In this document: piece after piece, positions 26,005 to 37,235 of the stretch
Layout: the number at the start of each line of letters is the position of its first letter
How positions within the stretch are numbered: position 1 is the stretch's first letter
Source of the DNA: Callorhinchus milii
Taxonomy: Eukaryota
Length of the DNA: 64,000 nt
Reading direction: 5' to 3'
NCBI RefSeq assembly: GCF_018977255.1
Contig: NW_024704758.1
Location: 5,456,001 to 5,520,000 of the forward strand
Translations under genes and position numbers: made by a program
Notes under the pieces: generated by a model
Told to the model about the DNA's origin: nothing
Seen by the model: the letters and a program-made list of their open reading frames with translations, nothing else
The model's database searches: none

Positions 26005-26114
26005 GTGGAATAGTGAAAGGAGATCAGATAATGGCTGTCAATGGGAAAATCTTGACAGACGCCACCCTGCCTAAAGCCCAGGCTTCACTAACAAAGGCTT
26101 GGAACAGTGGTGGG
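26005..26114 (+). CDS. USH1C: USH1C exon, PDZ3, 110 nt, phase 1-0
   Basis: tcttctctag|GT GGA ATA...GGG|gtaaga. Encodes (G)[36 protein letters not shown]. Confidence 0.95.
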
Positions 26115-26561
26115 GTAAGATTCTGTCCTTCATTCTGGTGCATTTTCTGAGCTCACAAGAACTGGATTTGGTTATACCTTGCTTTACATTTACAGATTTA
26201 TGTCTGTAATGTTAACTATTTCCAAGGAAAGTTTTTTTTTTTTGTGTGTGGCCATTTTAACTTTGTTTCCACAACACTGACAACAGCAGCAACAAGTTAC
26301 ATTTATGTAGCGCCTTGAATCCCAATATGAAAAAACAATCACTAAACGCAGCAAAGGAAATTGTCCACTGGTCGATCCCTACTTTTAACAATGAACTTGT
26401 CATCTCATAGTGTATTAAACTGTGTAGATTTGTAGTCGGAAGTGCCGCTGCCAAGGACTGTGCCACACAAATTACACTGCCCAGTTTCTGTGAGCATGTG
26501 TTTAGGCTGCAGGTGAATACAAACTGCACAGTCTGGCTCCGATAAAATATTCAACTCGTAC

Positions 26562-26922
26562 AATAATAACCCTTGCATTTGATATCAGCACCTTATCACG
26601 TCATGAGATGTCTCAAAACGCTTCACAGAATATACTGCAAAGTGAATTAATTGTATATTCTGTGGGCGAAACACAGCAGCTAATTGCGCAGAGCAGTGTC
26701 CCACAAATAGTTGTGCATTGAGTGATCAAATTATTATTATTATTTTATTTCAATGAAGGGATTATTGCTCCTGGAAAGCAATCTGCCAATCGACTAACAA
26801 CCAGGTTCCTACTTACTGCTAGGTAAACAGAGGCATGTGAAGTAAGGAAACTCACCTAAGGTTTTGACCCTCCCAGGAATCAAACTCAGGTCCTCGTGCT
26901 CTAATGAAAACGCCACAGGGCT
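26562..26922 (-). mobile_element. Longer-variant SINE, minus strand
   Basis: Reverse complement of the 57172 variant, including the extra cttactgctaggtaaacagaggc segment. Related fragments at 46700-46775 (+) and 51228-51390 (-). Confidence 0.82.
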
Positions 26923-28333
26923 TCCTGTGCACCCATATAACCATACACTCACTGATTTATCTTTTGTATTCCAGTCCAGCGCCTCTTGATAAATGCATCG
27001 AGAGAATGATTAAAATACATTGTAACCTTGCTGATTGGTAAAAATCAAGAATTCCTCCCTTTATAATGTCTTCAGGTTGGGTGATTATGGCAGAGTGGCG
27101 TCTGAGTGATCATGAATAATGCAGTCTTCAATTTGAGCAAATCTCTCCTTTCCTGACCTCTGCTGTAACCTGCTGCAAACTCCGGCTCTCTCTGGCTAGA
27201 TTGTCTGATTTCTTGCCCTATTATCCTTCGCAATTGGCTTGAAATGTCTTTGCCCTGAATGCATTCAGTCAGCAGCTGTGTTGTATATCCTCATTCAACA
27301 AACTGAAGGGAAATCCACTGAATCTACTCTCAGTGGACAAGGTGGCAGCGAATGTGTTTGCCACCTTGTAAATAAAGCAGCGATGTGAGCCTTCTCACAA
27401 GGCATGGTTCTGTATGTCGTGGGACCTGGGTTGGTTCTGCTTCACTTTCTCCTGCCCAATCCCACCTCACCATCGGTGGGTGAGCTTTCAGCCATTCTGC
27501 CCCTTGCACTCTCAAGCACCACCCCAGAGTCTCTTAAAGCCTTGCCTTTCCCTCCCCACTTTCAAAGCCTTGTATCTTCATCCAACTGTACTGCTCTTTC
27601 AGTCACATTTTCCCTATAAAACAAAATACACAGTGACTACACTTTACAGTATATCCTGTGAAGCGCTTTAAGACAACGTGAAAGGTTCTATATCAAATGT
27701 AAGGAATATTTTTTATTATTATTAATTCCAAGCCGAAGCTACTCTGCGAACAGGGGTCAGGAAAGGACAACTGGCATCTTTTCGAGAAGTGAATTGCTCA
27801 TCAGAATTCAGAGCTGATATTGTGATCAGATTTAAAATTCATCTTCTGTATTAAATCATTATCCAATCTGTAAACTATTTCCTTCCTTTACTTCTTCCTC
27901 TCTGTCCACTACATCGTCATGAGCTGTCTTGGTGAAGGAGACAGACAGATTATAGTATATTGTAAACAGTGGCAGGGGAGACTAGCTGATATGGTGGGTT
28001 TGGAAACTTTCACTTTTGGGACCTGGTTTGTATTCTTGCCCAGAAGTATAAGATAGCTGCTTTTTCTCTCACATGGTTCTAATCATACAACAATATTTTT
28101 AAAAATTTAATACATCGCCTCAATCATCAAAACGGCTTAAGCGCTGCACAGGATTGAATTTAAAGAGTAATAACTATGTATTTATAGAAGAACGTTTGCA
28201 CACCCTTCAACTGAGCATTAAATCGAGATCCCGTCTGCTAGTTTGTCAGGTGGATGTTAAATATCCTGTGCCATTACTGCAAAAAGAGCAGAGAGTTTCT
28301 CCTGGTGTCCTGGCCAACAATCAAACAGATAAA

Positions 28334-28625
28334 GTAGTCCTGTAGCTCAGTGGTTAGAGCACTCACCTCGCAAGCGAGAGACCCGGCAGGGCAAAACCTT
28401 GGGCAAGTTTCCTTACTCCACACGCCTGATAATAATCCCTCAAGAAAAGAAAACAATAATAAAATTGGTCACTTCAATCCACGACTATTTGTGGGACACT
28501 GCTGTGCGCAATTGGCTGCTGCGTTCCGCCCACAAATATACAGTTAATTCACTTTACAGTATATTCTTGGAGTCGTCTAAAGACATAAAAAGTGCTATAT
28601 CAAATGCAAAGATTATTATTTTTAT
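28334..28625 (+). mobile_element. SINE nested in an older Deu-type SINE (host ~28200-28333 and 28629-28740)
   Basis: tRNA head, Deu core and tail. The host resumes after the tail (ataaactggtcattcatctcctgctgtttgtg), and ATAAA is present on both sides. Confidence 0.85.
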
Positions 28626-29082
28626 ATTATAAACTGGTCATTCATCTCCTGCTGTTTGTGCATACAAATTAACTGCTGCATTTGGCTAGAAAAACAGTCA
28701 CAACATTTGAGACTGATTATTGTAAAGTATTTTGATGCATTTTGTCTTTCAAACAGCAATAAAAGCTGATCAGTTTAGTGGCACTTTGTGCACCTGCAAT
28801 CCATATTTTGTCAGTCAGTCGATTTCCCCTTTAACTTGCTCACCAGCGAGAGAAGCTAAGAAACAGGACAGGATGTAATTGGACTCGAGCTTGTTAAAAC
28901 GATAACTAAGTTACAAAATTATAATAACTAAAATTACATATCTCCAGGGAGCGATTCTGACCTCTGCTCCCAGCCTGTGAACAGCAGTGCAGTTTATGGT
29001 AAGCTCGCAAGGAGCATAGCTGTGTTGGAAGATGAGCAAGGTTGGTTCATAATGTAAACATAATGTGCTCCTTGTGTTACAG

Positions 29083-29138
29083 GACTGGATCGACCTTGTT
29101 ATTGCTGTGTCCCCACCAAAGGAATATGAAGATGAAGT
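29083..29138 (+). CDS. USH1C: USH1C exon, end of PDZ3, 56 nt, phase 0-2
   Basis: tgttacag|GAC...GT|gtaagt. Encodes DWIDLVIAVSPPKEYEDE(V) (human DWIDLVVAVCPPKEYDDEL). Confidence 0.95.
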
Positions 29139-31545
29139 GTAAGTTTACTGACAGGGCTGGGAGTTAGAAATAAATCATAGCTTTTTTTGTACCATTCTAC
29201 GTATTTAGCGAAACAACATTGCGATAATCTCTCAACAAATTGTTAAATTATTTGCAATTTGTTTCCATTTTGTTTACGTTGTTCCACCCAGCAGCATTTC
29301 TCAGGTCAGAGCCCAGCTCATCCTCTGATAGTGCTGCCTTCGGGTGACTTGCCTCCATGGTCACAGAGGCTATTCAGTGCTTGGTGTCTACTCTATTCTC
29401 CTTTCTGTAGAGCACTCCTGATCATTGTTTGTCCTCCTCCCTGTTAAGATGAAACTTAGCACATTGTGAAATTGCTGGAATCTACCCATGTTCCACCTCT
29501 GTGAGGAGAAGCACTTTATTCTTCTACGCTGTCATTCTTCCATACACTCTCTCTCTCACTAAACTTGTAAATTGGACTTGCGTCCAGGAAATGTACCCTC
29601 TTATTACAAGTGAAGAGGTGTTGAGACCAGGTCAGTATTTGCGCAGAGGTGTCATTAACTTACATATGCCTGTGAACAGGAAACTCATGAATTCATTGGT
29701 GAGCGCACTTGGAAGTGAAGAGTTTTGATATGTATCTGCTTAACCAGTAACTATATTCGTCGGGAATGAAGGAGGTTCAATCAGCCTCATTTATATTCCC
29801 CGCTCCTCAACATGTTGGCCAAATTTGTTTAAAAAAAACTCCCCCCTGCTCTCAGAATTCAGTACATGCTCCACAATGGAAAGCTAGTTTATTTCTTATA
29901 TATAATAATGTCATCACATTAATGGTCCCTTGAACGCTTATGCTTTGTCCATCAAAGCAGCAAAGAGGCTTCAGGGGACCAGGGGGTATCGGATAAGCAA
30001 TCCCCTCACATCCAGTTTATTTTGCTGTGGATTGCTAAGCAGTTGAATCAAAGTACGGCATGATTTGTGGAGCTCTGCTGGTCAGAGCACCTTTAGAAGC
30101 AAGGCTCCATCAATCACTATGAGAGACTGCAGTATAAATTCATTGAGTATCCAATATATAAACACAGCCTCACTGTTCTATAACATAAGTGTTCTTCCTG
30201 GGAACTTAGACACTAGTTACTTCAGGCAAATTGAGGCTTCAGTAATAAGGCTTCAGTAATAATTCAGTTGATTCCTTGGAGAATCATTTATTTGACACAT
30301 CTTGTTCTTTTAGTGGTCTGGCTTGACTGGAAGTTCAGCTGAATAGGGAGACACTGTAAAAACAACAATAGTTTTACATTGATATTTATATTATATTCAA
30401 CGATAGTTTGATATTTATATTATTATTTATATTCATATTGGGAGGACATCTCAAAGTGCTTCTTGGACATCGTAAAGCTCCAGCTGGAAGAGGAGCTGGA
30501 GGTGTGGAGGAAGCAAAATGGTAAAATAGGTCTTGCAGCAAAGGTGAGGGAGTGGATTTGGATATTTACCCCTTAGCACTTAAGGGGGCAACCACTGCCT
30601 TCATGAGAAACCATTCAAACTTTTCCTTTGTAACTGGAGAACAAAAAGAAAAGACGGTTAGACTTCAAGACATGCTCACCTCATGCTGAAATGACATTTC
30701 AATATGACTCGTGCCATTGTACGACACGATATAAACAGAAACCGCTTGATCGAGAATTTATCGTAGTGTTCCTTATATTAATTCTTGCACAATGTCATTG
30801 AAGCCCTTTATAGGATTTATTGTAAAATGTAGCGGCTAATGTTCCACAAGCAGCTGTGAAGTGAATGACTCAGGAATTGTTGGCCAAGACACCAGGAGAA
30901 ATTCCCGTCTCTTTTTAAATGCGTTACAGGATTTTTACCTCCACCCGAACCAGCAGACAGGACCTTGGTTTAATTTCTCATCTGAATAACGGCACCTCTG
31001 ACAGTGCGATCATGCTCCCCAGCACTACGTTTGGGGTGTCAGCCTAGTCTGTGTGTGCTCACCAAGCCCTGATTGTGGGGCTTGAACTCACAACTATCTC
31101 ACAATTGTATTTTTATTTGGCCACTTCCCATACTGGACACTTATCTCCCACCCCCCAACCCTCCCAAAGGCAAATAGGCTCACTTGTCAAGACATTGGAA
31201 GTGTTGCATATATTTCATGGGAATAAATGAAGAGGATTAATACGACCACAGGAGTTCACAGTCACTTTGGGTGCTTAAATGCCTTGTTGCAAAAACAACT
31301 CAGAAGCGTTGCAGTCAAGAAAGCGCATGTTAAAGTCAAGAAAGCGCATGTTGCAGAGAGTTAGTTCTTCCCCTGGACTCCAGCATGGGTAACAGCAGCC
31401 AGTGTAAACCATCCTGCAATAAATGATTGATGCGTTGGGCAAATATTTTAGGAAGTAGATAAAGGCGACTGTGTCTCTCGGAGGGTAGGGGAATTTCTGA
31501 TAGCATTGGGTTGCACTGAGTAATGCTGTTCCATTCTATATGTAG

Positions 31546-31648
31546 CCCCAAGGCAGCTTCATCAGCATCTGCCAATCTCAGTGCAAGCAGGAGGACTGAC
31601 GAAGGCAGCGCGCCAGTACACAGAGAGGGGTACCTCCTGCAGCTGTAG
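31546..31648 (+). CDS. USH1C: USH1C alternative penultimate (isoform-b type) exon, coding part ending at an in-exon TAG
   Basis: tatatgtag|C CCC AAG..., continuing phase 2. Encodes (V)PKAASSASANLSASRRTDEGSAPVHREGYLLQL* (human ...EDRAAVHRHGFLLQLEPT). Candidate donors at 31656 (gtaaaa) or 31670 (gtaact). Confidence 0.75.
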
Positions 31649-34600
31649 CCTGAGCGTAAAACTCCAATGGTAACTGAACTCAGCTGAGCTTTGGCATGGA
31701 CTGCTTTTGAAGAGATCATGTAGCTTTAGAGGACATGTGTCTGTGCTTGTCTCATCTGCATCTTCATTTTTAGTACGTCAAAATGCCTTCAGTTCTTTCT
31801 GGACCTGGTTAAGAGTATTCCATTGGATTGGATGTTGGGACACTTTTTCCTTAATACAATTGCTTCATAAGGAATCCTGCTTTTTCAGATGGACGTTAAA
31901 GATCCCATAGCACTTTTCGACAAGACAAGGAGTTTCTTCTGGTACCCTGGCTAACAATTCACCCACCCCAAAAAAATGGTCATTCATTTCTGTTTGTGGG
32001 ACATTGCCGGGCAAATTTGGCTGCTGTGTTTGCATAGAAAACACACAGACTCTACACTTTAGAGTAAATATTGCAAAGCGCTTTGAGATGTCCTCCCAAT
32101 GTGAAAAGTATTATGTCAAATGCAGGATTTTTTAAAATTCACGTCCTGCAAATGAGGAAGTAGCCAGTGCAGTATTCTCAACAATTTACTGGACATGAAA
32201 CCTAATAGGATTTTGCATGAAGAAATCCATTCAGAAATTTCGCTATTTAGACTCCATTATTCAAACCTAATATAATTGTTTCTTGAGTGGCTCACACCTA
32301 ATTTACAGAGCTGTTTAATGCAAAGTACTTTCTTTCAAAGTCGTTCACTTAGGCATAGAGCCAAGAAAGTCTATTTATACGTATATGAATATGGTTCACT
32401 TTTAACAATGGGTTCATGGTTCTCTACAATATATGGGACACATTTCCCGCATTCCTCACCACTGGTGATATTTCCAATGGAAGGGACCCAAGCGCTTTCC
32501 AAGTATCTCTGTTGAGTTTAATAGCAAGAGCTTGAGAACAGTTGGCCTATGATCAGAAGCTCCCTGACCCTGGAAAAGCACAATAATAATCCCAATAATA
32601 ATCCTTGCATTTGGCATAGAGCTGTTCATGTCGGGAAGGCATCCCAAAGTGCTTCACGTGACATAGTGAAGTGTAATGGTTTATAGGCAAATGCCACAGC
32701 CAAATTGATACAGTAATGTCCTAGAAGCAGCCGCAAAACAAATGACCAACAGGGTTGGCTGACTCTCAGGTCTGTCCGAAGATCCTGCCTCCATTAAAAT
32801 CAGTGCAGCCAACGCCAGATCTCAAGCGATTCCTCCCATCAGTGCAGTCACTGGAGCAGGCAGGTCCCAGGCACTAGATAAGTGATATTTCAACTAAATG
32901 ATAGTTTTACAATATGTAACTTTTACCTTTTCCAGAGAGTGTTCTGTATGTGCTCTGACTGTCAGCCCTTCATTATAGTATTGTCCTGTAATGCAGAATT
33001 GTAGGGAAATTGATTTATGTTGACAGTCTCCCTTGTGGACCGTTACAGATCTGTCATAGTTAAATTCCTAGGTCAGAGGCTCGCTTTCCTTGCTTCCTCT
33101 CCTGAAGGCGGACAACCCTGCTGCTTCCATCTGTCCTCTGATACCTCAGTACCAAGGCCAGTTCCTCATATGGGAAGCCAGACAGTCCTTTCTGAGGGGA
33201 TCTCAATGGAGTCAATGCTGTCCTGACCTAACGTCCACACACACGTGTATTTTTGGAGGGTGTGGGGGGCTGGGAGGTTATTGAATAGCAAGGAGTCGTG
33301 GCCGTTGTCCCCTCATTTCCCATTCTTCAGGGCTTTAACCAACAACAAAATTACATTTGTATAGCGCCTTTCACATCGAGAGGATGTCCCAAGGTGCTAA
33401 AAAGCTTAAAGCTTGTTGCAGGGAGTCCAACACTGATTACCATTGCTCTGGCTTGCATCAGATGACTTAGATCATTAGATTGGGACCTTCCGATGAATAC
33501 TAAAATGGGCACTGCTTTTAACCAGGAGAACCATCAGAGGATACCTGTCCAAATCTCCTTTGGGTGAATGGAGAAATCTACTGTACCACCTTTAGCTGAG
33601 CTGCATGTTTCAGAAATTTCACGACATAATAATCACGTGAATATTCCAGTATCCACTTTACATTTACAATCATGATTTACATTTATACAGCACTTTTCAT
33701 GTCAGGAGCACATCTCAAAGCTTCACACAGCTGACTGGGAACCCGAGTGGGGGTATATGGAGGGAAAAGATATGTGGTAAGCATGGAGGGAGGGTTAAGG
33801 TGGAGAGACAGGGATCCATTGCCAGTAGATTGAGTTCCTTTGGCACTGACACACATTCAGTTTTCTTGCTCTGGTTTCTAATTTCAGTGCATTAAATGAG
33901 CAGTTTATTTTTACAGACTTGAAGATACATAAACCTGTTCAATATTACTTATCTTCTGAGTCCAGAACCCTCTCAAAGGAATACAAGAGAAGCATAGCCT
34001 AAGGGCACAACCTGCTGCTCAGAGGAACTGAAAGGCATTTGATATGTCATGCATTACATCCTCATGGCTGGGACTTTCATGTTAAACCCACTGTTTGTGT
34101 TTTTGAGGTTTCTTGCCTTGTTAGCTACATAACATTTCTAAATGTATTCACATCCCATCAAGAGTTGTACAACATTGCACAGGCTGTATAATATATTTCT
34201 GATCAAATAGTAAATTCTAATACAAGGTTCATTCTGACCTCTATTTGCCAATGTTACATAATGGTCCTTAGAGCATTACTGTAAAGGACACTTAATATAT
34301 TTTTTATTTATCAATAAATTTAGGATTGTTTTACAGTACTGAAATCACAATTAGATAGTTATTTACAGCAAGTATATTTAATTTTTTGTGTATTTTTTTA
34401 ACCCTTTTAAAACATATATAAACATGATATTATTTGACGTTTCTGGGTCAAATATTAATTTGAATGCCACACTACTGAACATCGTATTGAAATTTGATGG
34501 TGTATTGGTGACCCAAAGAGCTTGATGGGAGAACAGTCGGGTTTTCTGGAGGGATGAGATCAGATGGCTTGAAGTGCCTTTTCAGCCGAACTGATCTTAT

Positions 34601-34798
34601 GAGAGGAAGGGAATGAAGATGGGGAGAGCTAATCATTCAGAATCAGACTCACAGCATAGCCCTGGCTCCAGCCCATAGGCAGCAACTTGAGAATGGGTTC
34701 CCTTCCAGGAAGCACCAAAGCAAAATCCTTTTATGAAGGAAACATGCCAAGAAAAATTGGAAATCTAGTTAACATGCCTTTTTTTAATATTGTTACAG

Positions 34799-34811
34799 GA
34801 CATTCTTTTGA
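34799..34811 (+). CDS. USH1C: USH1C terminal exon, coding part giving the C-terminal PDZ-binding motif ...EDEVTFF*
   Basis: tattgttacag|G ACA TTC TTT TGA. Spliced to the phase-2 exon ending 29138 it gives V-T-F-F-stop (human harmonin a DDELTFF*). Confidence 0.9.
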
Positions 34812-36618
34812 TGATGAAGATATCCATCCACATAACGCTCCCACTCGCTCACTGGATCCCACTGTGTTTTCGTACAAGCCAGAGTTTTAATAGAAACAAG
34901 CAGTGATGCAGGAATCAGATTTACTTTGATTGCTGCCTCTGAGTTAGAGTAAAGGTGACAATGTTGGCAGATGTTGATTGACAAACCTGCACAAATCCAG
35001 AATCAAAATCAACACATTTGTGTATTTTTTAAGTCCAATAACAGCATTTGGTTGAAACTTTTGATTTTATGTGTCAAATTAGCTTAATTAAAAGCAAACA
35101 CGTAACAGTCCACACTGACAGGCCTCACTTCAGGAATCATTCCCCTTGCTCCTTCCAAATTAACCTTTTCTCCTAATCATTGCAGGAGCTCAAACGTCAA
35201 GAAGACTAGGCTTTTGAGAATAGATTTACTCATGTTTATCAGTCCCCATCACATTATAACAATTTACTGTATCATCGTAAAAGTCCTCTTTAACACTGCT
35301 CTCATTGTGCTGTTTGATTGATTTATACACCAATAAGTTAGTTGAACATATGTGTACAGGACTTGTTGAAGTGATCTGCGCACACTAAGCTCTTGTGATT
35401 CTGTCCCTCGCCAGAGCAGTAGCAGCCTGTGTGCACAACAACCTAGAGTGTTGCTGTCTGATGCTCTGTGCCAGCATTATGAAGCTGCAGCTGTACTTGA
35501 CCAAGGGAAGGGAACTGGGCACTTTCAACAATATTTTCAGGATTAGCCTGATGGAAGTTGCAAAACTACTGTCAGCTTTAACAAAGTGAGAATAATTTCA
35601 CAAATTACACTGAAGAGTTAGCTGATGAAATAATTAACTCTTGCACTTGCATAGCTTAAGCCTTATAACATCGCAAAGCGACTTACAGAGAACTGCTGTC
35701 AAATGTAGTTGCTGGGCTTTGCAGGGTGGAATGCAGCACTGATTGCCATTTCTGAAAATAGATATCACAGAACATAACAGTACAGAAACGGGCCGTTCAG
35801 CCCATCGAGTCTGGTGCTTTTCCCTCTGAAGATGCCATTCATTCTGAATTCACAGAAATCGTTTTGGGTTCAGCATGTGACCCTTTCCTGCAGAATTGCC
35901 ACTCACTGCAACTATATGCCTTGACTGAAAAATCGCAATAGGTTCATCTAATATCCCCTTTGTCATCATGCTCTGCCTGTGAGACATAAGAGAACAGCAC
36001 GGATATGTTTCTGATTAGTTTCAAACCGACACCACAACCAGATAGTAGTTTTCCACCAAACATATTAATGTACAAATTGTAAATTGTTTAAAATCTTTTG
36101 GTCATGACAATTTTCAGAATAAACCCCAGTTGGTAAACTGCTGAAATCAAGCATCTTTGTACGTGTGCTGAAATGCATATTAACAGTTGATTTAATTACC
36201 TGGCAATTAATAGTGGGATGATGTTTGTTGTTATGCCTTCTACTATTGAAGTGTGTGTTCTGGTACAGGTAAGCAATAGTAGTTCTGGGCTGACAGAATA
36301 CATTTCTGCTTTGCGCCAGTAGTTTTGAGTGAGGTGAAGAACAGGCAAGGTGCAGAGAGGATCTTTTGTACTATTCCAACAACTATTGGCCTCAACCTCT
36401 CAAAACACCCCTAAAGCTTTTACTTTTATTTCTTCCCAGGCATCCATTTGATCATCAATGAGGAAATAACCAATTTACAGGCAGATTTGTAATTAGGGAT
36501 TATTATTATGATAATATTATAATATGATGATTGATTATTTTAATTTATTTTAATCAATACTGATTAAAATTAGTTGGAAAATAAAGAAGCCCAGATTTTG
36601 TGAGGTGCTTGTGAGCCT

Positions 36619-37235
36619 TGTTAGAATTTATATTTTTTGTATAATATTAGAATCATGATAGATGTTGCGAACAGGTTAACTTTTAAGTTAAGTATGGGGC
36701 AACCAGACTGAAACCCATGATTGACCCTCAAGATCACGTGAGTGTCTCAAGGACAAGATGTGTACTGCTGCACTGCACGTACGCTCGAGATAACGTGAGT
36801 GTCTCAAGGACAATATGTGGTTGCTGCTGCACCTACACACCATGAGATGTTCACGTGAACCCAATGTGATTTGGGCCATGTGATCCAATGTCTGAATAAT
36901 AATTGGATGTAAGTGAGCATAAAAGTCCATTCAACCCTTTGTTCGGGGTCCCTCCGAGACCGGGTCTCCAAGACAATATCTACTGGTGATGGAAGACTGA
37001 AAACTAGAAGGTAGCTGCGGTTGAAGGAAGACTGAAAGCTTAAACATTGAAGGAAGCCTCCGTAGTGAAGACCTCAAGGAAGACTTATAAACTGGTAGTC
37101 TTGTTTTGTTGGTGGATCTATGAATTGTACTTACTTGCCCATGCCCATCGGGAACTTGAATGGATCCTTGAATTTAATAAACACCACTCTGGTTGCAAAC
37201 AGTAGTTGTGCTTGATTGAAACGTTTTTTCTAACA
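36619..37235 (+). mobile_element. Solo LTR (ERV- or Gypsy-type), 617 bp
   Basis: Begins TGTTAGAA and ends TTCTAACA (8-bp inverted repeat, TG...CA), flanked by GCCT on both sides (36615-36618, 37236-37239). Contains ~57-bp tandem U3-like repeats with CACGTG, CCAAT boxes, TATA-like CATAAAA (36918) and AATAAA (37176). Confidence 0.85.
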
